From: Candidatus Undinarchaeales archaeon | GTDB lineage: Archaea > SpSt-1190 > JASMDC01 | DNA: 64,000 nucleotides | Assembly (NCBI GenBank): GCA_030753015.1 | Contig: JASMDC010000015.1 | Location: 8,988 to 72,987, forward strand | Direction: 5' to 3' | In this document: positions 18,595 to 27,943 of the stretch, one piece after another | Layout of the letters: each line of letters opens with the position of its first letter | Position numbering within the stretch: position 1 is the stretch's first letter | Program-made: the position numbers and the translations under genes | Notes under the pieces: generated by a model | What the model was told of the DNA's origin: nothing | The model's database searches: none | The model's input: only the letters and a program-made list of their open reading frames with translations

Positions 18595-19290
18595 ATGGCG
18601 GAGAAAGACTTCATCTTGACGCTGGAGCACCTTATCGTGCGACGTTTCGAGTTCTTCATCACGATCCTGGTGCTGTGCTCGATCAGCACCCTGGTGTTCC
18701 ACGAACCGTCATTCCATTGCAGGATCTGCGAGGCGGACAGGGACGGTCCGGCCGGTGGTGTCCTCGACTACTTCACCACTCTGGACGCCCGAACGTGCAC
18801 CCAGTGCGAGCTGCTGAGGATCAAGAGGATCGGGTCCATGCTCTCATCGCTGTCCGGCTACATCGACGAGGCCGCGCTCCAGCATGAGCGGATCGTCATC
18901 CCGCTCGACGTCGGAGAGGGCTCGCTGGGGATCGTGAAGGACACGAACACCGGGAAGAACATCGTCCGCTACGAGCTGCCGATCGCAAGGACGAGGGTGC
19001 CCGAGCTGGACGGGAATCCTCTTCAGCTCTCGTTCGAAGGGGAGTCTACGTTCTGCGGTGTCCTCAAGGGCCCCTCCACAGGCCCCGCGACGTTCATCTG
19101 CAAGTTCGACCTGAACAGGGAGCTCGATGGGGAGCACAGGATATGGGTCCGGACGGGAGGGGTCGGGGACTTACCCGCGGGACGGAGCTCGCTAAAGGTA
19201 TCATACATCAGCGGGATGAACGTCCGCTCCAGCATCGGGGCATCCTCGTCGAGGGACGATATCGTCGTGGAACTGTCGCTGGACGACTGA
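18595..19290 (+). CDS. Hypothetical membrane-anchored protein with two CxxC motifs
   Basis: N-terminal TM helix, CRIC and CTQC; coding-like codon usage. Confidence 0.7.
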   Translation: MAEKDFILTLEHLIVRRFEFFITILVLCSISTLVFHEPSFHCRICEADRDGPAGGVLDYFTTLDARTCTQCELLRIKRIGSMLSSLSGYIDEAALQHERIVIPLDVGEGSLGIVKDTNTGKNIVRYELPIARTRVPELDGNPLQLSFEGESTFCGVLKGPSTGPATFICKFDLNRELDGEHRIWVRTGGVGDLPAGRSSLKVSYISGMNVRSSIGASSSRDDIVVELSLDD

Positions 19291-19368
19291 CGGGCGAAAC
19301 TGTCCGTGGGGCCTCTCACTCGCGCGCTCCACTGTATGTTTATTTACCTGCAATGCCTACTTGTCTAC

Positions 19369-20026
19369 ATGGGGAGGCCACTTACTATTCTACCAGTCCT
19401 CGTGCTGGCCGTATTCCTCGCGGGCTGCTGCTGCGACAACGAGGTCTGCAAAGGAAAGGAGAGCTACGTACCTGCGTACAGTGAGTCGCGGCTGGTAGAA
19501 GAGACCTGTGACGACTGCATGAACGTCCTCAAGATCTCCACCCAGGACGACATCTGCCTCAAGAGCACCACGAAGTTCGCGAGCTCCCGGGACATGGGCG
19601 ACGGAACGGTACCTGCTGGCCAGAAGCTCTATCCCTACCTCCACAACACGGATGACGAGTGGAGCGAATGCGAGGCGTTCGGGGACGAGAATACCAAGCT
19701 CAAGTGCGGGTGCTGCGTCCTCCTCGACGGCAAGTTCCATGGCGAGAACGGGGCGACGGACCTCGCCAAGCATTACAAGTTCGAGGGTGGGGAATGCCAC
19801 ACTTCCGCCTCGGAAGAGGCCATGATGAGCGGGAACCGGTGGGCGAAGGTCCCCGAAAAGGACTACATCAAGGACAACGCCTGCCTCGGGTAGCGGGTTC
19901 AGTTTCGAGCAGGACGATGACGGCCGGATGGCCAAGGTCATCGGCAAGCTCGGCTACTGCTCCGGCAGCTCGTTCAAGTTCAGCTACGGGCACCGCGACG
20001 TCATGGAGATGGTCCCCGACCAGTAG
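19369..20026 (+). pseudogene. Cys-rich lipoprotein-like protein with an apparent +1 frameshift near 19890
   Basis: Lipobox LAGC. The ORF stops at 19893, but removing one G from CTCGGGTAG continues it as GSGFSFEQDDDGRMAKVIGKLGYCSGSSFKFSYGHRDVMEMVPDQ* to TAG at 20024-20026 with typical codon usage. Confidence 0.65.
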
Positions 20027-20084
20027 CACAGCGCTACCAGTCGTATAAAAGTGATAACTGCACTAGTGAGAGCGTTCGTAGAGG

Positions 20085-21818
20085 CTACTGTGCAAGCTCC
20101 TTCTCGAGCTGCTCGCGGTACGTGGGCACGCCCTTCTCCTGGACTGCCTGGCGGAAGCCCTCGGTACCGAACACCACGGTCCCGTCGTCCATCTCCATGT
20201 AGCCGACGTTGTCCTCTCCACCATGCCGGGAGAGGAGGATGTCCTTGTTGACGTCCCACGTCTCCTTGATGGTGCGGCTGCCCATGAGCTTGGGTAGGAA
20301 GCTCTTGTTCCAGAACTTCTCCTTGTACCGGACACCTTCATCGGTGACGGTCTCGGGCTCCTTGATGATGACGCCCCAGTCGCCCTCGGTCTTCTCGATG
20401 GTGGCGAAGGAGGCTCCCAGTTCGGGATTACGGCCGATGCGCACATCCTTGTCCATGGGCGCGAAACCGGTTTCCTCGCTGTAGGACGCGAAGTCGAGGA
20501 CGTAACCGTTGTCGAACTTGAGCCCTTCGGCGGTGTGCATGAAATCGTCGGACATTATGTCGAGTCGCATGTCCGGCTTGTGCGAGTAGCAGGTCCACAT
20601 GGTCTTGCCCACGAAGTACATGCCCATGGCAGCGAGCGATAGTGGGAACACGACCTCCTTGGCCATGATCGAGGCGGCAAGGCCCACGCCAAAGCCGGCC
20701 ATATGGACACCGCCCTCGACGGCCTCCTCCAGGCCGATGAGCTCGAAGAGCCTCTTGTCGTAGCCCTGGTCCTCGTACTTGGAGAGGATCTCGCGGCGGA
20801 TGGCTACCGAGGTCTTGTGACCGCCAGCGTCCTTGATGCCGCCGGTGAGCTCCTCCGCTAGGAATATACCGCCGAAGGCGACCGCTGCCCCTCCGGGCGT
20901 GACACTGGCTATCGGGCCCAGGATGGCGGGCTGGATGGCGACGAGCGCGGCCGCGTGCGCGTTGGAGAACAGCGCCTCGCGGTACCGCTCCACCTTCCGC
21001 AACTTCTCCAGAGACTCTGTGCCCTCGGAGGCGTCGTCCACCTGCTTGCCCCATATGGGAGCGGAGATCATCTTGAGGACCTTGGGCGAGAACTTTGCCA
21101 TGATACCGGTGAACCCGGCCATCTTGTAGAGAGCACCCTGCTCGAAGATGAGCCCGGTGAGCCCGCCCTCCAGCACGCCCTCGGCGAACCCGCCGACGTA
21201 GTTGCCGAGGTTGAGCATCCGGTACTCCTTGTCGTTCTTCATCAGGTCCATGTACTCGGGCCAGCAATCGAACAGCTTGCCCTTTTCCTTGTCCAGACGC
21301 ATCAGGGCGGTGTCGCCCTCGATACCATAGAACGATGTTAGAGCGTCGCGGTATCCCGCGTCGGCACCCAGCTCACCGAGCTCCTGGCTCAGTGTCCGGG
21401 CGGTGTCCTTCTCTTCGTGATCGATCTGGTAGAGCTCCCCCGCCAGCTCGGCGGAGGGATCCGGCAGGTACACGGACCCACTGCCGGTCTTGAAAGATGA
21501 AACAGGATTGGTACTCTCTCCCCGGTCGTAGAGGAACACCTTGTCCCCGTCCACGACAGAGATGCGGGAGCCAGTCTTTCCGTACTCCTCGGCTCCATCG
21601 GCACCGCGGTAGAGGCTCAGCGACTCCTTTCCTTCCTTGTCGCTGATGGTGGTGAGGTACCCGACGACCTCCGGATCGGTGCGGGGCCCGGCGTTATTGT
21701 ACACGATGTGGAAGTGCACGTCGGACGACTGCCCTCCACTGGCACGCATGAGCTCGACATAATCCTGGTCGACGTGCAGCTCTTCTGCCCAGTCGAGCTT
21801 GTCCAGGGTCAGTTCCAT
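20085..21818 (-). CDS. Hypothetical acidic protein with Gly/Ala-rich hydrophobic helices
   Basis: Long ORF with strong GC3 bias. Start placed at ATG 21818, downstream of minus-strand TTTATATA (about 21880); ATG 21902 is an alternative. Confidence 0.75.
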   Translation of the reverse strand: MELTLDKLDWAEELHVDQDYVELMRASGGQSSDVHFHIVYNNAGPRTDPEVVGYLTTISDKEGKESLSLYRGADGAEEYGKTGSRISVVDGDKVFLYDRGESTNPVSSFKTGSGSVYLPDPSAELAGELYQIDHEEKDTARTLSQELGELGADAGYRDALTSFYGIEGDTALMRLDKEKGKLFDCWPEYMDLMKNDKEYRMLNLGNYVGGFAEGVLEGGLTGLIFEQGALYKMAGFTGIMAKFSPKVLKMISAPIWGKQVDDASEGTESLEKLRKVERYREALFSNAHAAALVAIQPAILGPIASVTPGGAAVAFGGIFLAEELTGGIKDAGGHKTSVAIRREILSKYEDQGYDKRLFELIGLEEAVEGGVHMAGFGVGLAASIMAKEVVFPLSLAAMGMYFVGKTMWTCYSHKPDMRLDIMSDDFMHTAEGLKFDNGYVLDFASYSEETGFAPMDKDVRIGRNPELGASFATIEKTEGDWGVIIKEPETVTDEGVRYKEKFWNKSFLPKLMGSRTIKETWDVNKDILLSRHGGEDNVGYMEMDDGTVVFGTEGFRQAVQEKGVPTYREQLEKELAQ

Positions 21819-21972
21819 GGTTTCAAGATGATATACCACGGTTGTCTCGCCGGTAAAACGCAGCACCTCAACCCGTATATAAACCTTCCGTTCGGGCGTC
21901 ATCGAGAAGTAGTGACGCCCCCGGTCGTCCGCTCCGTCAGGAATAAAAAAAGCGACCTTGGTGGAGAACGCC

Positions 21973-23313
21973 ATGGCCGAGGACGCCCTCTTCACCATCG
22001 AGAACACACGCACCGGCGAGCGCTACCCAGCCACCTCCGAGCGATACACCGGCGACAATGGCGAGAAGCTGCGCTGCGCCTTCGACTACGAGCGCATCAC
22101 CCTCACCCGCGACATCATCGACCAGCGGCGCCACCACACAACCGACTCTTTCCAGGTGTACAAGGAGCTAATGCCCGTCTTCCCCGACGAACCGCTGGTG
22201 GCCCCTAAGTTCGGCCCCACACCGTTCGAGCACGCCAAGAAGCTTTCCAAGAAGCTCGGAGTCGAGGTGTTCATCAAGTACCCCATGTACTACGTCACCG
22301 GCTCCCACAAGCCCTACCACCTCGTCCCGGCCGCCAACTACACCACCCAGGTCCGCCGACGGAACGGCGACAAGCGGCCCATCGTGTTCGCCAACTACTC
22401 CTGCGGCAATGCCGGCGACGCAGCGTCGTACGTGGCAAACCTCTTCGGCCTCCCCATCAAGGTGTTCCTCCTGGGCTCGGCCGACCACGAGCGCACAGCG
22501 CCATTGACCATGCGGGGCTCGGAGGTGTACAGCGTCTCCTGGGACGAGCGCGTGACCGGGGACCCGTCCTACTACATGTTCAAGGAGGCCGTGCGTCGGG
22601 GCGCCATCCCGCTCGCGTGCGCCGGTCCCGACAATTTCGGTGTCGTGGAGGGCGGCAAGGTGATGTTCCTTGAGGCCATGGAGCAGTCCGGCTGGCGCGG
22701 GTTCGATCACGCCTTCGTCCAGGTGGGCGGAGGGCTGCTGGCCAATGCCTTCCTCAACGCCTACGACGATGCACTTGCGCTGGGCCTGCTCCCGCAGGAG
22801 TCGGTACCTGCCTTCCACACGGTCCAGACCGAGGCCTGCTATCCGCTCCGGCTCGCCTACCAGCGAGTGATGGAGACCAACCCGCGGACGAACAAGGACG
22901 TGACCTGCTTGGTGTGTGACCGACGCGAGGAGATGCTCAAACCCTGGGAGGCCAAGGAGGAGCCCGAGAGCGTGGCCCACGGCATCCTGGACGTGGAGAC
23001 CTACGAGGGCGCCGAGCTCATCGCCGGGATGTACCGCACCGGCGGGAAGGCCCTTATCGTGTGCGAGGACGAGCTCATGGACGCCTGGCGGCTGGGAGCG
23101 CGGGCCACGGGCCACTTCGCCTCGCCAACCGGCACCTCCGGCCTTGCAGGGCTGCTTCGCGCTATCGACGAGGGGATCGTGGACAAGGGTGAGAGCGTGC
23201 TGCTCACGTTCACCGGTATCGGTCAGAAGCAGCTCTCAACGACCAAAGAGGTCGCCGAACCCGTCAAGGTGAACCCCGTGGACGATATAGAACGGGCGAT
23301 GCAGGGGCTGTAG
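21973..23313 (+). CDS. PLP-dependent fold-type II enzyme, threonine synthase-like
   Basis: GPTP, TGSHK (PLP lysine), SCGNAG, QVGGG, SVAHGI, TSGLAGL and FTG motifs. Confidence 0.85.
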   Translation: MAEDALFTIENTRTGERYPATSERYTGDNGEKLRCAFDYERITLTRDIIDQRRHHTTDSFQVYKELMPVFPDEPLVAPKFGPTPFEHAKKLSKKLGVEVFIKYPMYYVTGSHKPYHLVPAANYTTQVRRRNGDKRPIVFANYSCGNAGDAASYVANLFGLPIKVFLLGSADHERTAPLTMRGSEVYSVSWDERVTGDPSYYMFKEAVRRGAIPLACAGPDNFGVVEGGKVMFLEAMEQSGWRGFDHAFVQVGGGLLANAFLNAYDDALALGLLPQESVPAFHTVQTEACYPLRLAYQRVMETNPRTNKDVTCLVCDRREEMLKPWEAKEEPESVAHGILDVETYEGAELIAGMYRTGGKALIVCEDELMDAWRLGARATGHFASPTGTSGLAGLLRAIDEGIVDKGESVLLTFTGIGQKQLSTTKEVAEPVKVNPVDDIERAMQGL

Positions 23314-23322
23314 ATAAGACGC

Positions 23323-24663
23323 TCAGACGAGGGCGGACTCCTCGACGACCTCTCCACCTTCCTCGTCTACCGGCTCCCGCTTGACGACCTCCAGCCGCAC
23401 CTTCTCGATGCGGTTGCGGTCCATCTGCTCCACGGTGAACTCCACCTCGGTATGCTCGTCCGACCACGTGATGGCCTCCCCCTCCTTGGGGATCTTGCCG
23501 AACAGGGCGATCACGAGGCCTGCCAGCGTGTCGGCGTCCTCCTCCACGAGCTCGAGGTCGAACCGGTCGTTCACCTCGTCCAGGTTCAGAGCGCCATCGA
23601 CGATAGCGTGTGACTCGTCGATGATCTCCACCGGCTCCTCCTCCCGGTCGAACTCGTCGCGGATCTCGCCCACGATCTCCTCGATGATGTCCTCTATGGT
23701 GACGATCCCGGCGACGTCCCCGTACTCGTCCACCATGATGGCCATGTGCTGCTTCTTCTTCTGCATCTCGCGCAAAAGCTCGTCGATCTTCTTGGTCTCG
23801 GGGAAGATCGGTGCCGTGCGCATGAGCTTGCTGACCCGTACGTTATTCGAGCCGTTCTTCTTGTTCATCAGCTCCAGAAGGTCCTTTGCGTACACAAGAC
23901 CGACGATGTTGTCCTCGCTACCCTTGTACACCGGGATGCGGGAGAATCCGCTGGTAACGACCGTGTCCAGCACGACCTCCAAGGAAGCGTTGACGTCCAC
24001 GAAGATCACATCCGGTCGGGGTACCATTACCTCCTTGGCCTTCGCTTCCCCGAACTCGAAGATGGACTCGATCATCTCCCTCTCGTTCTCCTCGAGCACG
24101 CCCTCCTTCTCGCCCACATCGATCATCTGGCGGATCTCGGCCTCGGTGACCAGGTCCTCGGTGTTCTCGACGTTCCCGCCGAGCAGTCGTGTGAGCCGGT
24201 TGGTCAGTGGGAGGAGCACCTTCACCACGGGATAGGCGATGTCCGTCCACCGTGAGACATAGGGTGCGATGCGCAGGGACATCCTCTCTGCGTTGTTGGC
24301 GGCATAGGTCTTTGGCGTGATCTCGCCGAAGATGAGGATGACGATGGTAAGGGTGATGGTGGCAAGTGCCATACCGCCGGAGGGGAAGAGCTGGAAGAAT
24401 ATGGCCGCGGCCAGCACCGACATGGCCACGTTCACGAGGTTGTTGCCCACAAGCAGCGCCGAGAGCATACGTGATGGGTTCTCCACGAGCGGGAGGAGCA
24501 CCTTGGCCCGCTTGTCATCCTCCTCCTTGGCGAGCCCCTGGACACGGAGCCGGCTCACTGACGTGATGGCCGTTTCCGAGCCCGAGAACAGCGCGGACAG
24601 GAAGAGCAGGAACAGGATGCCGAGAAGCTCCCAGAGAAGGACAGGATCAAGGGGTATGGCCAA
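23323..24663 (-). CDS. CNNM/CorB (DUF21-CBS-CorC) Mg2+ transporter family protein
   Basis: FSGSETA, GNNLVN, FGEITPK, FSRIPVY and VDEYG..GIVTIEDIIEEIVGEI.DE motifs. Confidence 0.93.
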   Translation of the reverse strand: MAIPLDPVLLWELLGILFLLFLSALFSGSETAITSVSRLRVQGLAKEEDDKRAKVLLPLVENPSRMLSALLVGNNLVNVAMSVLAAAIFFQLFPSGGMALATITLTIVILIFGEITPKTYAANNAERMSLRIAPYVSRWTDIAYPVVKVLLPLTNRLTRLLGGNVENTEDLVTEAEIRQMIDVGEKEGVLEENEREMIESIFEFGEAKAKEVMVPRPDVIFVDVNASLEVVLDTVVTSGFSRIPVYKGSEDNIVGLVYAKDLLELMNKKNGSNNVRVSKLMRTAPIFPETKKIDELLREMQKKKQHMAIMVDEYGDVAGIVTIEDIIEEIVGEIRDEFDREEEPVEIIDESHAIVDGALNLDEVNDRFDLELVEEDADTLAGLVIALFGKIPKEGEAITWSDEHTEVEFTVEQMDRNRIEKVRLEVVKREPVDEEGGEVVEESALV

Positions 24664-24770
24664 TCCGGATCAGACCTCTGCAACCATGTGTGATTGCCTA
24701 TAATAACGCAGGAGTTCATACCTTAAATACCTTTTGAAAGGCGACACTGTAGAGTAATCTTCTTCGGCTC

Positions 24771-25136
24771 TCATGTATCATCATCATCCACACTATCGTC
24801 TCGCACGCGGTAGTCCACGTCGATGACGTCTGCGTCAGGCGGGATGTCCACCCGTCCACCATCGGCCCCGAGCTTCCCCTCGGTGCGCAGGAATGTGAGC
24901 AGGCAGACGGGCGTCAGGTCGAACGGTCCGGGGAGGACGGCCTCGAGCCCCATGAAGATGGACATGGGATCCGCTGGGGAGCCTCGCAGGTCGGTTACGT
25001 AGTCCCACTGGGCCACGGCCACCAGAAGGTCGGCCGGCGCGAAGACCAAGAGCGGTATCATGTTGATGACGTCGATGGTTATGGCAGCTGCAAGCTTCCC
25101 GTTGCGGGACAATCCTCGCCAGATGCCGGACGCCAT
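24771..25136 (-). CDS. Small hypothetical membrane-associated protein
   Basis: Abuts the pgi stop; hydrophobic N-terminal half and acidic tail. Confidence 0.65.
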   Translation of the reverse strand: MASGIWRGLSRNGKLAAAITIDVINMIPLLVFAPADLLVAVAQWDYVTDLRGSPADPMSIFMGLEAVLPGPFDLTPVCLLTFLRTEGKLGADGGRVDIPPDADVIDVDYRVRDDSVDDDDT

Positions 25137-26555
25137 TCACTCCCGTGACCTGAGGCTGATTATGCGCTTGAACTCCCGCTTGTACCCGTCCACGGCGGAC
25201 TGCTCGTAGGTGAGCCGCCCCAGCTCCCGCAGCTCTCCCTCCACGGCCACGGCCACGGCCAGACCGTAAAAGAGGCGGAAGAGGTGGTAGGTGTCCACGA
25301 CGGGCATCTCGATGGTGCACGTCGGCACGGAGTTGTTCAAAAGATCGGTCTCGGTACCCTCGAACGAGATGTCCTGGAGGATCCCGAGGTGGAACCCGCC
25401 CAGTGCCGCCAGTGTCGGGCCGAGGATCTCCTCCCGGGGCACCACGATGTCCTTGTCCGGGTCGTGCTCTACGACCCTCACGAAAACCAGCAGCTTGTCG
25501 CGTGGACCGTTGATGATACCATTGAGCAGGGAGTGGTTGCCGGTCGGTCCAGCGGTCGCGATGATGTTCTGACCCCCGCCCCGCTCTTGGATGGACTCGG
25601 AGAGGAGCTGGGTATACCAGTCGCCCACGGCACGCAGCACCTTCGCGTAGGGATAGAACACGAGGGTCGACTTCCCCTTGTGCAGGGAGAGGTAGGTGAT
25701 TGATCCCAGGCGGAAGCCGAGGTTACGGGAATCGCCAGGATCCAGATAGGCGTCGGACTCGGCATCACGCATCCCGCGCACGGCCTCGCTCACACGCTCG
25801 GCGACGGTGCACTTCCTCTCGTCGGTGCCCACGGCAAGGGCCAGGAGGCCCACGGGACTGCCGAACGAGAACCGCCCACCGACGCCGTCGGGGACGGGGA
25901 GCAGGGCCAGAAACCGCTGGGGCTGCTCCTGGTCGAGCCGGAAGAGCGCTGAACCCTTGGTGAGCCCGGTTGTCACTGCGACCTGTTGGGCGTACTCGGC
26001 CGGGTCCCGGCCCGCAGCCGCGAGCGCTTCCTGCAGCCGCTGGCGGATGATGAGGAACGCGGCGATGGTCTCGGCGGTCGTGCCGGATTTGGATATGACG
26101 TTGAATACGGTCTGGAGCAGGATTCCCCGTACGCTCAGGGTATGGAGGATATCGTGGAGCTCGGCCGGATCGAAGGTGTCACCGCAAAAGTACATCTCCG
26201 GCGCCCCACCCCGCTCCTCCCGGGGGAGTGTATTGTGCTGCGACGAGTCGAGCACGGCATGTACGGTGCGTCCAACAAGGTCCGAACCACCGATGCCCAC
26301 GGTGACGAACGCCTCGGCCCGTTCCCGCACGAGCGCGGCGACCTCGATGACCCGGTCGACATCCTCTTGACGGGCATGGCTCTTGGTCCAGGCGCGGAGG
26401 TTCTGGATAAGTGTGTCCGGTCCTGCCGCGGCCTCTGCCCGGAAGCCGTTCTGGACGTCCAGCAACCTGTCCCGGAGATCATCGAGCTCTTTTCTTGGGA
26501 CGCGATGTGCCGGCGCAATATTGTCATCAGTAACGTTGTCGATGCGGATGCGCAT
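25137..26555 (-). CDS. pgi: Glucose-6-phosphate isomerase
   Basis: VGIGGSDL, ISKSGTTAET, VGGRFS, QLLSES, H and EQSAVDGYK motifs; start ATG 26555. Confidence 0.92.
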   Translation of the reverse strand: MRIRIDNVTDDNIAPAHRVPRKELDDLRDRLLDVQNGFRAEAAAGPDTLIQNLRAWTKSHARQEDVDRVIEVAALVRERAEAFVTVGIGGSDLVGRTVHAVLDSSQHNTLPREERGGAPEMYFCGDTFDPAELHDILHTLSVRGILLQTVFNVISKSGTTAETIAAFLIIRQRLQEALAAAGRDPAEYAQQVAVTTGLTKGSALFRLDQEQPQRFLALLPVPDGVGGRFSFGSPVGLLALAVGTDERKCTVAERVSEAVRGMRDAESDAYLDPGDSRNLGFRLGSITYLSLHKGKSTLVFYPYAKVLRAVGDWYTQLLSESIQERGGGQNIIATAGPTGNHSLLNGIINGPRDKLLVFVRVVEHDPDKDIVVPREEILGPTLAALGGFHLGILQDISFEGTETDLLNNSVPTCTIEMPVVDTYHLFRLFYGLAVAVAVEGELRELGRLTYEQSAVDGYKREFKRIISLRSRE

Positions 26556-26571
26556 GGCTATCGCCGACCGC

Positions 26572-26808
26572 TTACTTCTTTGCCGTGGACTTCTTAGGGG
26601 TTGCCTTCTTCTTGGGTGGGGCCTTCTTCTTGGGCGCCGGCTTGGCGGCGGCCTTCTTACCGGCCGCATCGGGCATCCCGTCGATCTTGCCCCACCAGAA
26701 CATCTCGCGAACGCAGTAGTAGCCCCACACACCGCTCCACTTCACAGCGAGTTTCTCGCCGCAGTGCGGGCACTCCCGCGACACGAACGTGATCCGCTCG
26801 TCTGACAT
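26572..26808 (-). CDS. Small CPxCG Zn-finger protein with Lys/Ala/Pro-rich tail
   Basis: CPHCG...YYC followed by KKAAAKPAPKKKAPPKKKATPKKSTAKK. Confidence 0.7.
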   Translation of the reverse strand: MSDERITFVSRECPHCGEKLAVKWSGVWGYYCVREMFWWGKIDGMPDAAGKKAAAKPAPKKKAPPKKKATPKKSTAKK

Positions 26809-26873
26809 GAGGCGAGGAAGGGGAGCAATCTTTATCAATCTTTCAGGCGAGCGGCCCGCTCCAGACCCACGAG

Positions 26874-27290
26874 CTAGGTGGATCCGGCCGAGTCTATATA
26901 GGCCTCTACTGCGCTTCGCGTGTCCGCTGCCTCGTACCCCGCAAGGATGGTCACCATGTGGCCGTTGTGCTCCTTCGTCTCGATTATAACGGGCTGGAGG
27001 ATGAAGCTTGTCATGGCGTACCCCACCTTGTCGGACACCTTGTTGACGCTGCCCCCGCCGATAAGGAAGAGGCGGGCCGCAGGGATGTTGTCCGAGTCCA
27101 TGAGGATGTTCCGCAGCGGGATCCCCTGCGCGTCGGCGAGATGGAGCGCGGCCACAAGGTCACCCAGCTGGGCCTCTTCACCGATGACGATGTAGGAGTC
27201 GGTGGTCTGGGCGGAGCCGGTCATGGCCCCGGTGGCCATGAGGACCACGAGGCCGATCAGGAGCACGTGGATGCGGTCGATCCGGATCAC
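26874..27290 (-). CDS. Secreted minimal S-layer-family domain protein
   Basis: Signal peptide, IVIGEEA..D...A, LFLIGGGSVN and ILAGYEAADTRSA resemble the Methanococcus/Thermococcus S-layer N- and C-terminal motifs. Confidence 0.7.
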   Translation of the reverse strand: MIRIDRIHVLLIGLVVLMATGAMTGSAQTTDSYIVIGEEAQLGDLVAALHLADAQGIPLRNILMDSDNIPAARLFLIGGGSVNKVSDKVGYAMTSFILQPVIIETKEHNGHMVTILAGYEAADTRSAVEAYIDSAGST

Positions 27291-27844
27291 TTCTTCGCCT
27301 CCTCAGCCCGGTTGCGGGCCTTGACGACCTCGAAGTGCGTGAAGTCCATGTGGTGGATGATCACACCCTCCTGGCTGCGAGGTACGTGGTCGCCCTCATG
27401 TGAGTGGTTGGAGATCGTGTGGACGATGCCGGCCGGTATCCCTGCCTCCAGCGCGAGCCATGCCCCCGTGATTGGGTGGCGCACGAGCTTACCGTCGCTG
27501 CAGATGCGGTACTCGCCGTCCACCAGCTCGTACTCCAAGAGCTTACCCACGTCATGCAGGAGCGCTCCCGTGAGTATCCAGTCCAGGGGGATGCCGTAGC
27601 CATGGAGCTCGTTGAGGATGCTCGCGGACGAATGGGCGAGCCTCGTTATCGTCCGCACGTGCGATATCAGCGTTGCGTCGGTCCGTGCGGCCTTGGTGAA
27701 GGGGATCTCGTCTATGGCGTCCCAGCCGCCCTTCTTCATGGCACGCACCCACACGTCGATGACACGCTGGCGCAGGTCGTCGTCCTCGAAAAGCTCGAGC
27801 TCGGGAAAGAGTGATGCGATATAGGTCCTCTTATCGTCGGTCAT
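27287..27844 (-). CDS. HD-domain phosphohydrolase
   Basis: H...LLHDVGK...RH...HSH...HHMD; start ATG 27844. The longer ORF is antisense to leuC. Confidence 0.88.
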   Translation of the reverse strand: MTDDKRTYIASLFPELELFEDDDLRQRVIDVWVRAMKKGGWDAIDEIPFTKAARTDATLISHVRTITRLAHSSASILNELHGYGIPLDWILTGALLHDVGKLLEYELVDGEYRICSDGKLVRHPITGAWLALEAGIPAGIVHTISNHSHEGDHVPRSQEGVIIHHMDFTHFEVVKARNRAEEAKK

Positions 27845-27943
27845 GTTTAAGCCTCCAGTTATCCGGTGGCCCGTGCCACCATCCGTCACGCCCTCTAAAT
27901 ACATTATTAAAGGTATAAACTTTGCCGTGCCGCGGGACTCGAT

